Positions 41,678-56,759 of a stretch of DNA of 64,000 nt are shown here, in pieces; position 1 is the first letter of the stretch; every line of letters begins with the position of its first letter. This stretch comes from Eledone cirrhosa. Its lineage: Eukaryota. The translations under genes were made by a program, and so were the position numbers. The DNA lies in NCBI GenBank assembly GCA_964016885.1, contig OZ024744.1, positions 98,890,001-98,954,000 of the forward strand, read 5' to 3'. A model generated the notes under the pieces. It did not search any database. It saw only the letters and a program-made list of their open reading frames with translations, and was not told where the DNA came from.

Positions 41678-43520
41678 ACCAACACAGTCTTCTCTCTTGC
41701 ACACTACATCCAACTCCTCTTATGCCAAGTTTTCCTCTCATTTCATTTAAGCTACATCATTCATGCACGTTAACATCATACATCCATTGGAACATTCACT
41801 TCATTTCTTTCCAACCTTCACAGGTCTTTTGCAGTTAAGGCTCATATTTCACTGTCATAGCATTGCAGTTTATACAAAGGCACCATACAGTCTCTGAAAG
41901 AGAATCCTTTTATTGTGAACAGAGGTACTAGCTACTTAACCCTTTTATGACCACATTTCTAATGAAATACACTATTTCAATTAATTAATGAAGAATTTTG
42001 AGGAATTTACTAAAATTATTAATTATTTCATTACTAAGATAACTTAATGTAACTTATATAAAATTATGTTGGAAGATTTTAATTTTAACTGGAAACCTTT
42101 TAAATGAGTGACTTTATTTCATAGGACCAGAGCCAGTTTTGGCTGGGTAGGCAACTAAAGGGTTAAACATTTTCCAGCTTGTTTTGATCCTGGCTATATT
42201 ACTTTCAGAGTATCATTTCCCATTGCTAATTATGTCCCTTAGGTAGCAAAAGGTGTTGACAACTAAGAAGCTTCCTTGGCAATTGAGGACATCTATTTCA
42301 CACATGTTCTAAGTGCTTACTTCTTCTGTACATTTGCTACATATAAAGTTTATCTTCTCTGTTAACCTGTCTGTAATCCTGCTTCTTTTCAGGTACCCAT
42401 ATCTTACACTGGCGACATCATCTGACTTTGAGAGAGATATATGCCCGTCTCCCACGCATATCTGTCATTGTATGTAAAAGGAGAGTAAGATTTGCTGGTC
42501 ACTGCCATCATGCCACCTATGAGGCAGTGTTCCCACTAGTAGTTTGGAAACCCCAAGCAGTCACTAATAACAGGGGGGTGCTAGCTCTCCTATCCCGATG
42601 TCATCTCCAGCGATTCTCATATTGAAATCCAGGACTTGGCAACGGCAATGAACAATAGACCCACGTAGAGATCAATTGTTGAGTCAATTTCAGCTGAGGC
42701 CGCCGGATGATGATGATGATGATGATGATGATGACTTTAGGGGATTTCTGCCCAAATCTTTCTGACATATCGAACAAGGCCACTTTCCTGATGGTATCAA
42801 CCTCCTGTTCTCTTTCTTACTTATTAGGACTTTCATTTGTGCTAAGTTTTGCTTCCATACTTGGAATCATGCTTTTAACTCTCCCACAGATTCAGTTGAG
42901 AACAGGAATTCTGATGGTGTGCACATTTTTAACATCTCAGTTATGGCCTGTAGGACAATGATAAACAGAAGTGGCTTGATGACTAAGCCCTGGTGGACCT
43001 CCACCTGTACTTCAAATTCATCACTGTAGTCATTGTCAACTCTCACCTTTCAAGTTGCACATTTTTACATGGATTTCTCAGCCCTCCCAAGCCATTCATC
43101 TACACCTAGCTTCCTAAGTGCCCACCAGATTATAGAGTGTGAGACCCTGTCAAAGGCCTTCTCCAGATCTACAAATACTAGATACAGAGTTTTATTCTAA
43201 GTACCTCTCCTGTAGCCGTCTCACCAGAAAGAGGGCATTGGTAGTACCCTTGTCTGGCATAAATCAAAACTGCATCTCATCTAACATGTTTCGGTCCAAT
43301 TAGTTGTGCACCTTTCATGACCTGGTCCATCAACTTGAAACCTCAGGAGTTACTTCTCTCTAGTGCATCTCATTTGTTCTACAATGATAATGCTGCACCA
43401 GTCATTGAGTACTACTTTATTAACTATATGTCTCACTAGCTCGTAGCCTACCATGCCAGCTGTTTAGCAACATCTCAGTAACTATATCATATGGTGAAGC
43501 TGTCATCCCTACTTTCATGT
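41650..43520 (-). mobile_element. Highly degraded RTE LINE remnants with a nested MITE (41936-42166) and a plus-strand RTE 3' end (42390-42733)
   Basis: Minus-strand remnants VDLEKAFDRV, QFDFMP..GTT.A.FLVR.LQE.YL and HQG..ISPLL. Plus strand has RRVRFAGHC plus a (GAT)n tail. Confidence 0.6.
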
Positions 43521-44544
43521 TTTTAATTGATTTATCTACCACACTGTTGTCAACTTTTATACCCTGTCCTTCAGTTGGATCTACAAAGGGTAGGCCTTTG
43601 CTGTCCTATTTATTCTCTTCATTCAAAAGTTTCTCATAGTAAGTCATTCATGCTCCTTCTTTTCAGCATCAGACAGGGTAAGTACTCCACTATCAAATCA
43701 GACAATTTTCACCAACTACACCATGATCTTCTCTGGCAAACTGTTTGGCAATCTGGAACACTTCACCTCTCTGATCGTCATGTCATAAGACATGGGCAAA
43801 CTTCTACTTTCTTGCCTTTCCCCTAAGTAAACCTGGTGCCTGGCTTCTATCCTAGCTATTTGGTATTGCTCCGCCTCCTTCTTTCCTCCAGTCTCTCCAG
43901 GTTTGTCTTTCTGTTTTTATGGCTCTATCAACCTTATCATTTCACCACCATGTTACTCTCTGTCTTGCTGGGACCTTCCCCCAGCTGCAAACCTGGTTTA
44001 TGGCTTCCTGCAGGTTCCCCCATAGAAATCCCCAAGTTTTATCTATGTTATATGTCTATCTTCTCTTCTTTACTCTCATAGGTGTCAAATAAGATATCCT
44101 TTCCTCTCTCTCTCTCTACACACACACACACACACTGTAGTGCTCATATTTTTGGCAGGGTTTTTCTGGCTGGATGTCCTGACTATCACCACAATGACGA
44201 TATATACATATATATATATACACCACACACATACACATATACACTACTCACACATATATATATATATACACACACAGACACACATATATATATATATATA
44301 TACACACACATTTATGTGTGTGTGTGGGTGGGGGGTGGGGGTAATACAGTATATGAGTAATATATCTGCACGCATCATTAGGCACAACATGTCTAACTAA
44401 GTATGTGCCTGTGAAAGTATGACAAGATAAATTGCAATTGGGTCAACGAACTATCCCAACGGATAGATTAACCAACCAGCTCACCAAAGAAGGGAATTAA
44501 AATAATCACTTGTTCGGGCCATAACTACCTGCCGTTACACACGC

Positions 44545-44605
<61 letters not shown>

Positions 44606-44696
44606 CGATGTGTAATCCATTTAAATCTGACAACCCAATAAATAGCTAGATGCATTTATTTGGTTTATCGGTACACAAAAATACAGGAAGAAGTAT

Positions 44697-45170
44697 ATAT
44701 GTGATAGATAGATATATTTCTTTATTAGCCACAGGGGCACAAAAGAAGGGGACAAATACAAAGGGGGAAGTTTACATACAATAAAAACGTGTAAGATGTT
44801 ATCACAGATGGAATTTAAAAAGTTAGTCGATTTTCCCCAATAGAGGGAGACAGTTTATATGGGTAACACATACCCCCGAAAAAAAATATGCAACCCTCAT
44901 CTCCAGGAGTACGGAGAGCTTGTACTCCTTTCCTCTCCTCCTCCTCCTTTTCCTCAACCTACAGGCTGATATAGAGAGAAGGCCCATTCGCTCGGGCCAT
45001 TCTCGCCACTTTCACCCACCTTTCATAAAACTTGTTGGGGTACAGCACCTCTCTCTCCATCCTCATTCTTCTTCCAAAGTGGTATTTGAAAAAAAGAATC
45101 AGATATGTGATAGATAGATATATTTCTTTATTAGCCACAGGGGCACAAAAGAAGGGGACAAATACAATGT
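44697..45170 (-). mobile_element. Two tandem 3' ends of a Tx1/L1-like LINE in (GATA)n context
   Basis: Identical ~65-bp blocks at 44697 and 45104 with AATAAA on the minus strand and a (TATC)n tail. Intervening ORF end LFFKYHFGRRMRMEREVL...ERWVKVAR. Confidence 0.65.
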
Positions 45171-45218
<48 letters not shown>

Positions 45219-45406
45219 TGTACTGTTTTGATATTATTTTGATACCCAGTTTCATCTTTGAGAGAATAGACTCTTTCTCCATATAATTTCAAAGCAAACA
45301 TCATATAAGCGCAAAGGTGTGTCGAAGTAAACACTTTCACTACCGTGGTTAATAAAATCTCAACAATTTTGAGTCGATTATTTTAACACGCACACATGGA
45401 CATATC

Positions 45407-45449
<43 letters not shown>

Positions 45450-45774
45450 TTCATCTGATGAGCGAACTAGACGTATGCTAATATTGTCTAAGGCCCGGAA
45501 ACCTTTGGTAATTGAGTAGTTATATTGTGTTTGTTTACTTTCTAATTAAATATATAAATTAAATATATATAATCATACATACAGAGAGGAGGGGGGGGGA
45601 CAAGGTACACATATACGCTAACCTGTCTATGTGTGTGTGTGTGTGTGTGTACATATGCGTATAAAAATGATAATGTATGTGTCTAAAAGTGATGTGAATG
45701 AGTCTAAATTCTATGCAACAGATGGATGTTGACTTCCTCTCGACTCTCATTCTCTCTCTCTCTCTCTCTCTCTC

Positions 45775-45829
<55 letters not shown>

Positions 45830-45880
45830 TCAAAATAACTTAGTGATCGTCAAATTTATTTAATAACAAACTTGACGTTG

Positions 45881-45929
<49 letters not shown>

Positions 45930-46036
45930 AGTACATACTTCAAAATAACCATTTTCTACCAATAACATAGTTGTATTTTACACCCACCCGTCTAGAAAAT
46001 GGTATCAATATTGACTAGTGAAACTGAAATAACCAT

Positions 46037-46152
46037 TAAATTTGAAATGTAGTCGTCCCAACTCAAATGACGACGTCTCAACAACTATTATTTATAGTGT
46101 CCAACTATTATTATAGTCATTTTAAGTTGGGACGACTACATTTTAAAATTTA
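46037..46152. repeat. Short inverted repeat (MITE-like hairpin)
   Basis: aatgtagtcgtcccaact..aatgac pairs with gtcatt..agttgggacgactacatt. Confidence 0.7.
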
Positions 46153-46544
46153 AAATTTCAAAATTTCCTAATGTTTCTTCCAAGTTAACAAGATGTTAAA
46201 CTACTAAACATATTTCGTTTTATCATATATGTCCTTATCTGAAAACCGATAAAATATTTTACCAGTAATAACATCATGTTAAATCAATTTACGATAAACC
46301 CTCGGGTCAAAAGGGTTTGTTTATTGAGTAAAATATAAAAATAATTATGTAATTATTTCTCTGTTAAAACATTATAAAATATAACAATAATTTTATTGTT
46401 ATATAAAACAGAGGCACATGTAAAAATAAATAATTCATTTAGATATGTTAAAAGAAAACAAGCCAGTCAGTAGCTTGAGGAATATTTATTTTGAATTTCA
46501 AAAACACACATTCATCATCATATATATATAATATATCACACAAG

Positions 46545-46644
<100 letters not shown>

Positions 46645-47152
46645 TTATATATATATATATATATACACATATCTTGTATGCGTATATATACACACACAAG
46701 ATATCTGTGTGTGTGTGTGTGTGTATGTATATTTATATATATATATATATACATACACACACATATCTTGTGTGCGTATATATATATACACACACATTAT
46801 CTATCTATATATATATATAGTGTGTGTGTGTGTATATATATACGCACACAAGATATGTGTACGTATATATACATATATATATATATATATATACATACAT
46901 ACATATACACATATGTGTGTGTGTGTGTAATGGTGTTTTTGTCATAACTCAAAAAACAATTCCGTACACAACACACACACACATATATATATATATGTAC
47001 CCACTTTCCTGATGATTTCCTTCTAATGAAACAGTTCTAGTCCTGTACACAAGCCGTTTCTATATTAAACATTGTATATACTCTAGTATGTATTGGGTAC
47101 CTTACTTGTTGTGGTTACCACGATTTGAACCCGGTACACACACACACATGTG

Positions 47153-47183
<31 letters not shown>

Positions 47184-47450
47184 AGACATATACATATATA
47201 TATATACATACATACACACACACTTCGCTATACTCTGTCCCAAATCTAATGTAAACTAGACAATAAATGCTGTAGACATAGCATCAATTATCCGCATTAT
47301 TTGTCGAATGGTTTCTGTAAATTATCACTATTAACTCAGCCTTCATTCAACACAACTGCCAAATAATATAAACAAACATTTTTTTTTTAAACATGTTACT
47401 TGAAATAACCGACTCTCGGCAGCTACCAGGTTTGTTTACTTTCTATTTAA

Positions 47451-47502
<52 letters not shown>

Positions 47503-47635
47503 CAACTGTTTAAACAACAAATTACAATACAGCTTCATAATAAACATAACATAACATCGCATAGCATAATATATAATATAATATAATATAATATCAAAAA
47601 TCCAACGTGCTTCATTCACATGTTTTTCAACCTAC

Positions 47636-47687
47636 CTATAAGATTCGGTACAAACAGGAAGATGGTCTCCACACTTTCGCTTGTCAT
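47636..47687 (-). CDS. CDIPT: CDIPT/PIS coding exon 1 (MTSESVETIFLFVPNLI + phase-1 G)
   Basis: Reverse complement gives ATG at 47687 and IFLFVPNLI, the conserved N-terminus of animal phosphatidylinositol synthases. It ends at a G|GTAGGT donor at 47635, and its phase matches exon 2. Confidence 0.9.
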
Positions 47688-48039
47688 GACTGTTTAGGCT
47701 GTTTAAATATATCAAATTGTTAGTTGCAGTCACAATAAATACAAACTGTTGTCGTTTCTTGTTGCTGCCTCTTGTTGTGTAATAATAATGTTAATGTTGT
47801 TATATATGTATTAACTCTGTGCTGATGGTGACACCAGCAAAGCAGAGAGAGAAAGAGAGAGAGAGAACGGGAAAAAAAAGGCGGCTCTACCTTACAAACG
47901 GTTGTGTTGTGTAATTAATTAATTCTTAAAGGTATATAATTTGTATCAAATCTGACTTGAAAACTACAGACGAGGTTTTGCCTCTTCCTGTTCAAAACAG
48001 CAGTTCCTGTCACTCAACTCTCTTTCTTTCTTTCTTTCT

Positions 48040-49790
<1,751 letters not shown>

Positions 49791-50094
49791 TTCTTTTCTC
49801 ATTTAAGATTATTATTATTATTATTCCTGTCATTTCCTTCACACCTTTCTCTTTCTCTCTCTCTTATTCGTTTCCTCTTAATCTATTTATCTCTCACTTT
49901 TTCTCTCTATTCATCTTACGATACAATAATATTCGTTATTAATTAGTCGCATTTACACACATTACTTAAAATGTATATATCAGTTACATTTGATAATAAT
50001 TATCTTTATATCAACATATCTTGCTTTGTTTTTTTATATATAGTACCATTGAATTAATCTTTTTCTTTCTCTATTTGATTATATATTTTTTTGT

Positions 50095-50440
50095 GTTTTC
50101 CAGCCTGTGGGGGTTCGAGACGTTTGCTGCAGTTGGGCCGCTGTCAACGAAGTTCTTGTCAACGTTGGCGGCTCGTCATACTAAGGTGTCAGGTGCTGCC
50201 AGTGATGGTGCTTGACTGTTCCAGCACCTTAGACTCGCCATCACCCAGCCTTGCAGAAGTGTCATGTGATGTCTGTGAAGGTGCTTGGCTGTTCCAGCGC
50301 CTTAGCTTCGCCATCATCCAGCCTTACTGTGGTGTCAGATGATGGCCGCAAGGGTGCCTGGTTGTTTCAGCACCTTAGCCTCGCCATCACCTGTGGTAAT
50401 GCTGCGAGCATATTGACTTGTCTCAAAATATTACGTTGAC
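50095..50440 (+). mobile_element. 3' end of an RLE-type (CRE-like) non-LTR retrotransposon with a triplicated 73-bp segment
   Basis: GFETFAAVGP...GAWLFQHLSLAITCGNAASIL resembles the QRxSxAIQRGNAASxL terminus of CRE-like elements. Units start at ~50207, 50280 and 50353. Confidence 0.65.
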
Positions 50441-52362
50441 CCTTGTGATGTGATATTGTCACACTAAGTGGTGAATTGATGGTCGTTTTTTGTTTTTGTT
50501 TCTCTTCTCTCTCTGTCGCTTTCATTGTATATTTTGCTACATATTTAGAAGGGTCCTAGCAATAGTTAATTGTATTTATTATATGTGTTTATATTTTCAT
50601 GATATTTAAACAACTGTGAATAAAATTGTTCCAAATTAAGGTTCCTAGTAATAATTAATTGATTATATGTATGTTTGGCAGAAAAATAATATTATGCCTA
50701 CATGGCATAATATTATGAGCCCTCGGAATGTAGGTCACTACAATACCCCCTATCTAGTCTACAAGACGATATATAAGACTGAATAAGCAGGAAAAATGCT
50801 GAAAGAGCACATCAATGAAAAAAAATTGAACAAAAGAATGCATGCAAGAAGGAAAATGAGGCGCTAAGGGCCATGTTGAGCCGCTGTGTCAAATGACTAG
50901 CTGTTTTGCTATTTATGCGTGACCACCTGGGGTCTAACAGAAAACGGATAAAGTCTGACATGGGCAAAGTTGCTGTTCTTGTATTAAATGTTAGCTGTTC
51001 TGGTAAGTGTTGTACCGGAGCTGTGGATGAAGCTGTTATGGTAGTTTACCAGTAGCTGTTGTCAATGATGGTGCTGTACATGCTTTACCAGGTAAGTGTT
51101 ATACCAGAGCTGTTATGGTAAATGTTGTAGCAGAGCTGGCAAGAAGATGATGGGTAGGCGAGAAATTGTCGGCCTCCCAGATGAATTGCCGGAAGTGCTA
51201 GGCAGCCAGGAAAAAATGGCTAGTTGCTTTGAAAAGTAAAAAAACAAGTTGAATCTGTGATTGATTACAAAAGGGGTAACGGAATCTGATTCCAGAAGCA
51301 TGTCCCTAAACACAAAATGTGGGTACTGCACCCGTATTTCAAGTACAGAGAATTTGAGAGAAAAAGAAAAAAATCATATAACTGTGTATGTATATGTGTG
51401 TGTGTGTAACATTTAGAAGAAGCTGTTAATATACAAAGTTGTGATCATGTATTTCGAACTGTTGTGTATGGATGGCTGAACGTTCAGGGTTGCGGTATTG
51501 GATTACGATATAATACAGAGGACTATTTCTCTCGATGTATTATATGTATGATGCTTTCCCAGTGAGTTGGGGAAGTCGTGACTGAATTGAGGTTCATGCT
51601 ATGACATGAGTGTGTGCAATTTCAAGTTGCGTTGCCTGAGTGGGTCCAGGCGAGTTGAGTCCCAGTGTGGGTGAGTTTCATGTGTCGATAGCTGTTGCCG
51701 TACCTCAACCAGGTGAAAAGTGATCTCGCAGAATCCCCACACAAATCAAGAACATACATTTAGTTACGTCCCTTTACGATCTGAGTTCAAATCCCGCCGA
51801 GGTTGACTTTGCCTTTCATCCTTACGGGGGTCGATAAAATAAAGTACCAGTAATGCACTGGGTAATTGCTGGCCTTGTGCCTAATGTAGAAACAATTATA
51901 GGTAACAAACTGTTTGTGTGTAAAAAGGAAGTGACGTGTGTTTGATGCAAAATATGTACGCGCATGCAGGCATTATAATACAGTAAAAATTAACGTTAAA
52001 ACCTGTAAAAAAAAAAATATTCATATAATTGTTCTTTACAAAAAGTTCAGTTTTTCTCTTCTTTATGTGTCTGAATTCTTTTTTTAATATAGTTTTGGTA
52101 TAAGAATGTTATCGTTTCTTGCTAGGAAGCTAGTAGTGTTGTCTGTTGTTGTTGTTGTTGAAGGAGATTACGAAGCAATTTTCTTGGGTGTGTAGCACGT
52201 GGTGAAGGGTTTGAATTGAAGCATCGAAGCAAAGTCACTGTAAATATTCCGTAGAATCGAAGTTTGATGAATAATTTGAAGAAGTGAAGTTTAATCATAT
52301 CGTACCATATAGATGAGAAGTTTGGTAATTATAGATTGCTGAGAAAGCTGCATGTTGATCAT

Positions 52363-52948
52363 GTCGGGGTCACCAATTGGGGCGAAGCTGGTTAGTAGTT
52401 ATCATTAGAAGAAATAACACGAATAGCTGGTTTACTTTTGATATAAAAGATTTACTTCACTTCACTTCATAAATGAACAAAGAATAGGTTACTAAGAGTT
52501 ATAACGGTTGAAGATGTTTTTGATGTTGCTTCATGATGCTGGTGTAGTCTGAGACCAGAGAAGGTGAGAAGTCTGTAGACCAGAAGAGAGAGAGTAAAGG
52601 TTTGTAGAAGTCTGTAGACCTCAAGGGCCTGTAGCTAGAGGTGAATGTCTTGCATAGCTGTTCTCTCGTGTACTGCTCCAAACTCCCCTTGCTTGGCCTG
52701 GTGCAGGCTATTTATACCTGTCGTTTTCTGTTTCCCACCTCGAGGGATCGCCCATGCATGAAACTTGTTTACGCCGAAAGGGAGGTGGCCCAGTATTTGA
52801 CCTTTCTGTGTCACCCAGGGTTCAAGGTGTGGACAGATTTCGTTACATAAGGACCTGGTATTTCTACGCCGCCGACTTACAGGCCCGGCGTCTTACTAAG
52901 CACAACCCAATTGTTCCGCCACGGTAAGTAGTGCCTTTACTTACTACA
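52363..52948 (-). mobile_element. LTR retrotransposon 5' LTR (52948-52378) with primer-binding site
   Basis: Minus strand TGTAGT...CCCCA, 2-nt spacer, then PBS TGGTGACCCCGAC (52375-52363). TATA-like GTATAAATAG at ~52717-52708. Decayed internal sequence probably extends toward ~50900. Confidence 0.65.
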
Positions 52949-53071
52949 AAGATATCAAAATTGTAATCATAATAGAATTTAGAAATGAAAATCTGTCAAT
53001 CTTGAAGCACCTCAGGGTAAACAATATTCATTGTGTAATTTTATGTTGGTGTGCAAATGAATAAATTGTTG

Positions 53072-53265
53072 CTGCTTCCAACTTGTGAGTAACCAACATA
53101 GAGTTAACTGTGGGAGAAACATGTAGTAGAGAGATCAAGTACCTTGAGGGATTGACCCTGAGATTTGTTAATTGAAATAACAAAACTTAGTTTGACTGGA
53201 AACTGAAGCCTCTTAAATTCAAATGAAACATATGTAGGTTTGAGAGGAATTTTTAGGATAAAGAC
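53072..53265 (-). mobile_element. Helitron RepHel (Pif1 helicase) C-terminal fragment
   Basis: FEFKRLQFPVKLSFVISINKSQGQSL...CFSH..LYVG matches the Pif1-family motifs of Helitron helicases; degraded. Confidence 0.85.
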
Positions 53266-54226
53266 ATTTTTTTTCAATATTGTAAACAAATAAGTATCAA
53301 CATCCAAAAGAAATATATATTAATCTCTATTTTTGTATGCAGTGTAAATTAACCAAATATAAGCAAATGTTTTAATTGTTAATTTAACGGTATGAGTATG
53401 TAAATATAAACGAACAGACACACATACACTCACACACATATGTATATGTATGTGTAGATGTGTCTGTATGTTTAATTCGCTGTGTATCTGATTAAATATT
53501 TACGTGAAGATGTGTGTGTATGTAACTTACTAAGGCCTAACGTATGTAATGAATGCGCAAACGCACACAGACTCACAGACACATACACACTCATATACAA
53601 AATGTGACGTTGTCGTCATCAAGTTATAAAATGTTGTTTATTATAGTTGTCTATAGTAGATTATTTTAGATAAAATATTATATTGTTTTAATCCAAATGA
53701 AAATAAAAATTACATGTTGTTAATCCCAGGGTCTAATTCTATTACCTTGTAAAATTTTATTTGATTTGGTCGCGCCATTTCAGAATGTATAAGGAAAAGA
53801 CAGACAGACAGACATACAGACAGACAGAGATACAAAGAATGTTATATAGAGAGAGATAATTATTAACAATATTCCATATTTGTGTATTTTTAATGTTTTG
53901 TCATTTAAAAAAAAAATTATATATTTTTGTTGCTTTTTTGTATAATTTTGGGGTGATAATGACAGTAATTTGATCTCCTTTGAAGGGAATGAAAATATTT
54001 CGTCTGATTCACCAGATTCATTTCACATGACCCTCTCTCTTTATCTTTGTCTTTCACACACACACACACACACATATATATGTGTGTGTGTGTGTGTGTA
54101 TACACACATTATCTGGATCGCAGATTACAGCTGACGAAGGATTCTTTCTTCTTTCTTCTTTTGTCCTCTTGTTCCATCCAAACCACCACCCTAAACCTTG
54201 TCTTTTTTAACCACACAGCTCCTTCC

Positions 54227-54285
<59 letters not shown>

Positions 54286-54984
54286 TATACATATATATAT
54301 ATATCACGCTGGACGTGTCTGTACCTTTCGCTCATGAAATCCACCCAGCTTATGCTGACCAGGACTACCATGTTGCTTGTTTATTTCCTTTCTTTGGTTT
54401 GCTTTTATCCTTCCATGTTGTTCACTTGTCCCCCTTGCTTTACGCGATTTACTGGTCCCAATAACTTTTTTTAGTTATTGCTCGCACCAACCTGAGGTAT
54501 ATGATTTTTAATGCGATGAAATACCAATGATGGTTGGAAAATCACTGACGAAGGACTATTTTTATCATATGTAACCTATGTGCAACCACGCAGTATCCTT
54601 CTTTCTTCTCATGTTTTTTATATATATACATATATATATATAACAAACAGTTTTATCACTCTACATGGCTGAATACAAGAAATGTAAATCTGAGTTTTTC
54701 AAATATTAATAATTGTTTCTACTTTAGGCACAAGGCCAGCAATTACCCAGTGCATTACTGGTGCTTTATTTTATCGACCTCGTAAGGATGACAAGCAAAG
54801 TCAACCTCGGCGGGATTTGAACTCAGATCGTAAAGGGACGTGACTATGCTGGAAAGCATGGCGTCCGACCCTCTACCGATACTGCTAATCCACCGCTGAT
54901 TTGTTTGCTTATGTACATAGATGTATGTGAACATATACACACAGGTCTTTAAAATAACCCTAACTCTAGCCTTTACCCTAATGT

Positions 54985-55035
<51 letters not shown>

Positions 55036-55038
<3 letters not shown>

Positions 55039-55302
55039 TCATCATCATCATCGTTTAACGTCCCTGTTCCACGCTTGCATGGGTTTGGACGGGGGTTTTC
55101 CCACTTGAGGCAAGAGTGGTTGTCTTGCTCGCATAGGACTGTCTGGCAGGTTTTCTACAGCTGGATGCCCTTCCTAACACCAACCACATTTACAGTGTGG
55201 GGCTGGGAGGTTTTTACCGTGTTGCCTACACGGCCACATTACAGCGTGGACTGTGTGTTTTTTTGTCGTGACACCTACACGACCTCATTTGTTTCGGCCT
55301 GG
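55036..55302 (-). mobile_element. Isolated 3' UTR of the PHD-RTE LINE inside a (TA)n tract
   Basis: Near-identical to 38468-38730; (TA)n on both sides. Confidence 0.85.
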
Positions 55303-55924
55303 ATATATATATATATATATATATGCAATGCGTCCTGTAAATCAAATGAGATGTTTTCATTTTCTCTAAAGGAATACCCAGTTTTAAGTACGTAAGTTTA
55401 TATGTCGGGTGGCCAAAGACAATTCATCATTGACTGTGATTTCTAGCGTCTAGTGTGTGAAGGTTTTTAATTGCGTGTTGTCCAAGGCTATAAGAGCGGG
55501 GTGGGATATGTTATATCAGCTTTTGGCATCAGTAGTGATTATGTCTTTGTACAGTAAAGGAAATGGATATTGCTGACTGGATAATTACTAGAATATTACT
55601 AATGGTTATTTTTAGTTTCAATAGTGTAGGGAGATTGGTTGATTTAGGACGTATTAAATTTAGATGAACAGATAAATGAATGAGGCACCATACCCGATGA
55701 CACTTAAAAGCATCCGTTGATTAAAGTACAAGGGTACACTGAAAAGATCATAGGCTTATTATGAAGAAGTGATGCTAGAGCTGTGAAATCTTGCATGCAT
55801 TAATTCAGCTGTTCTTATTAATAACTACATTGTTTCTTTCTAGGGACTATGTAGAAAAATAAACCTTATTTGGTCATTCCATGAGAGAATTTTAGTCAGA
55901 CTATGAATTTTTCAGTCAACCCTT

Positions 55925-56006
55925 GTCCTCCTCTTCCTCCTCTTCCTCCTCATCCTCATCCTCCTCCTCCTCCTCCTCCTCCTCCTCCTCCTCCTCCTCC
56001 TCCTCC

Positions 56007-56052
<46 letters not shown>

Positions 56053-56641
56053 TCGTCCGCTTTTCCCTGCTTGCAAGAGTAGGACGGATCCTATTCAGCC
56101 CAGCATCTCACCATTTGTCACAATCCTTCATCATCTCCGTGATTTGAGATCAGTTCTCACCACCTCCACCCATATTTTTTGTGGTCTTCCTCGACTGTGT
56201 CTTCCTTCTACTGGGATTTCTTGGCACTTCTTTACCCAGCGGTCATCCTCCATGCACATCACATGTCCATACCAACGCAGTCTTCCCTTCCACACACCTT
56301 CAGCCTATCCCTTTTATACACAGTTTCTCTCTCAACTCATCTATGCTTGGTCATTCACGCACATTGACATTGCACCTCCAACGGAGCGTGCTTGCTTCAT
56401 TTCTCTCCAGCCGTCACATATCCTCCACAGTTGCTGCCCATGTCTCATTACCATGCAGCTTCGCGCATATCACACAGGCATCATATAGTCTTTCATTTGT
56501 AGAGAGAAACCCTTCTTTGTTAACAGAGGAAACAGCTCCCTAAACTTTTTCCAACCCATCCTTATTCTATATACTATGGCTTCGGAGCACCCTCCTCCCT
56601 TGCTAATTTGATCACCTAAGTATCGGAAGCTATCAACCTCC
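55925..56641 (-). mobile_element. RTE LINE 3' fragment (related subfamily, short UTR) with (GAT)n(GAG)n tail
   Basis: VDSFRYLGD.ISKGGGCSEA..RIR.GWKKFRELFPLL, RLRWYGHV and GRPQK.W; tail at 55925-56052. Confidence 0.8.
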
Positions 56642-56759
56642 TTGTATATATAGTAAATTGAACTGGTGCTTATACTGGCCTGGGCAGTAAAATTGATTGT
56701 AGTTCTGTTTGAAAGAACTATTGTGGTTTTTTTAACTAACTGCACCACCATCTCTAATG

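Noticed and set aside
47005-47050. Hammerhead-like CTGATGA...GAAAC...GTC
   Set aside because: Helices I and II cannot be formed convincingly.
52915-52935. Plus-strand splice donor (CG|GTAAGT) of a divergent gene
   Set aside because: Lies inside the LTR, and no matching coding exon was found downstream.
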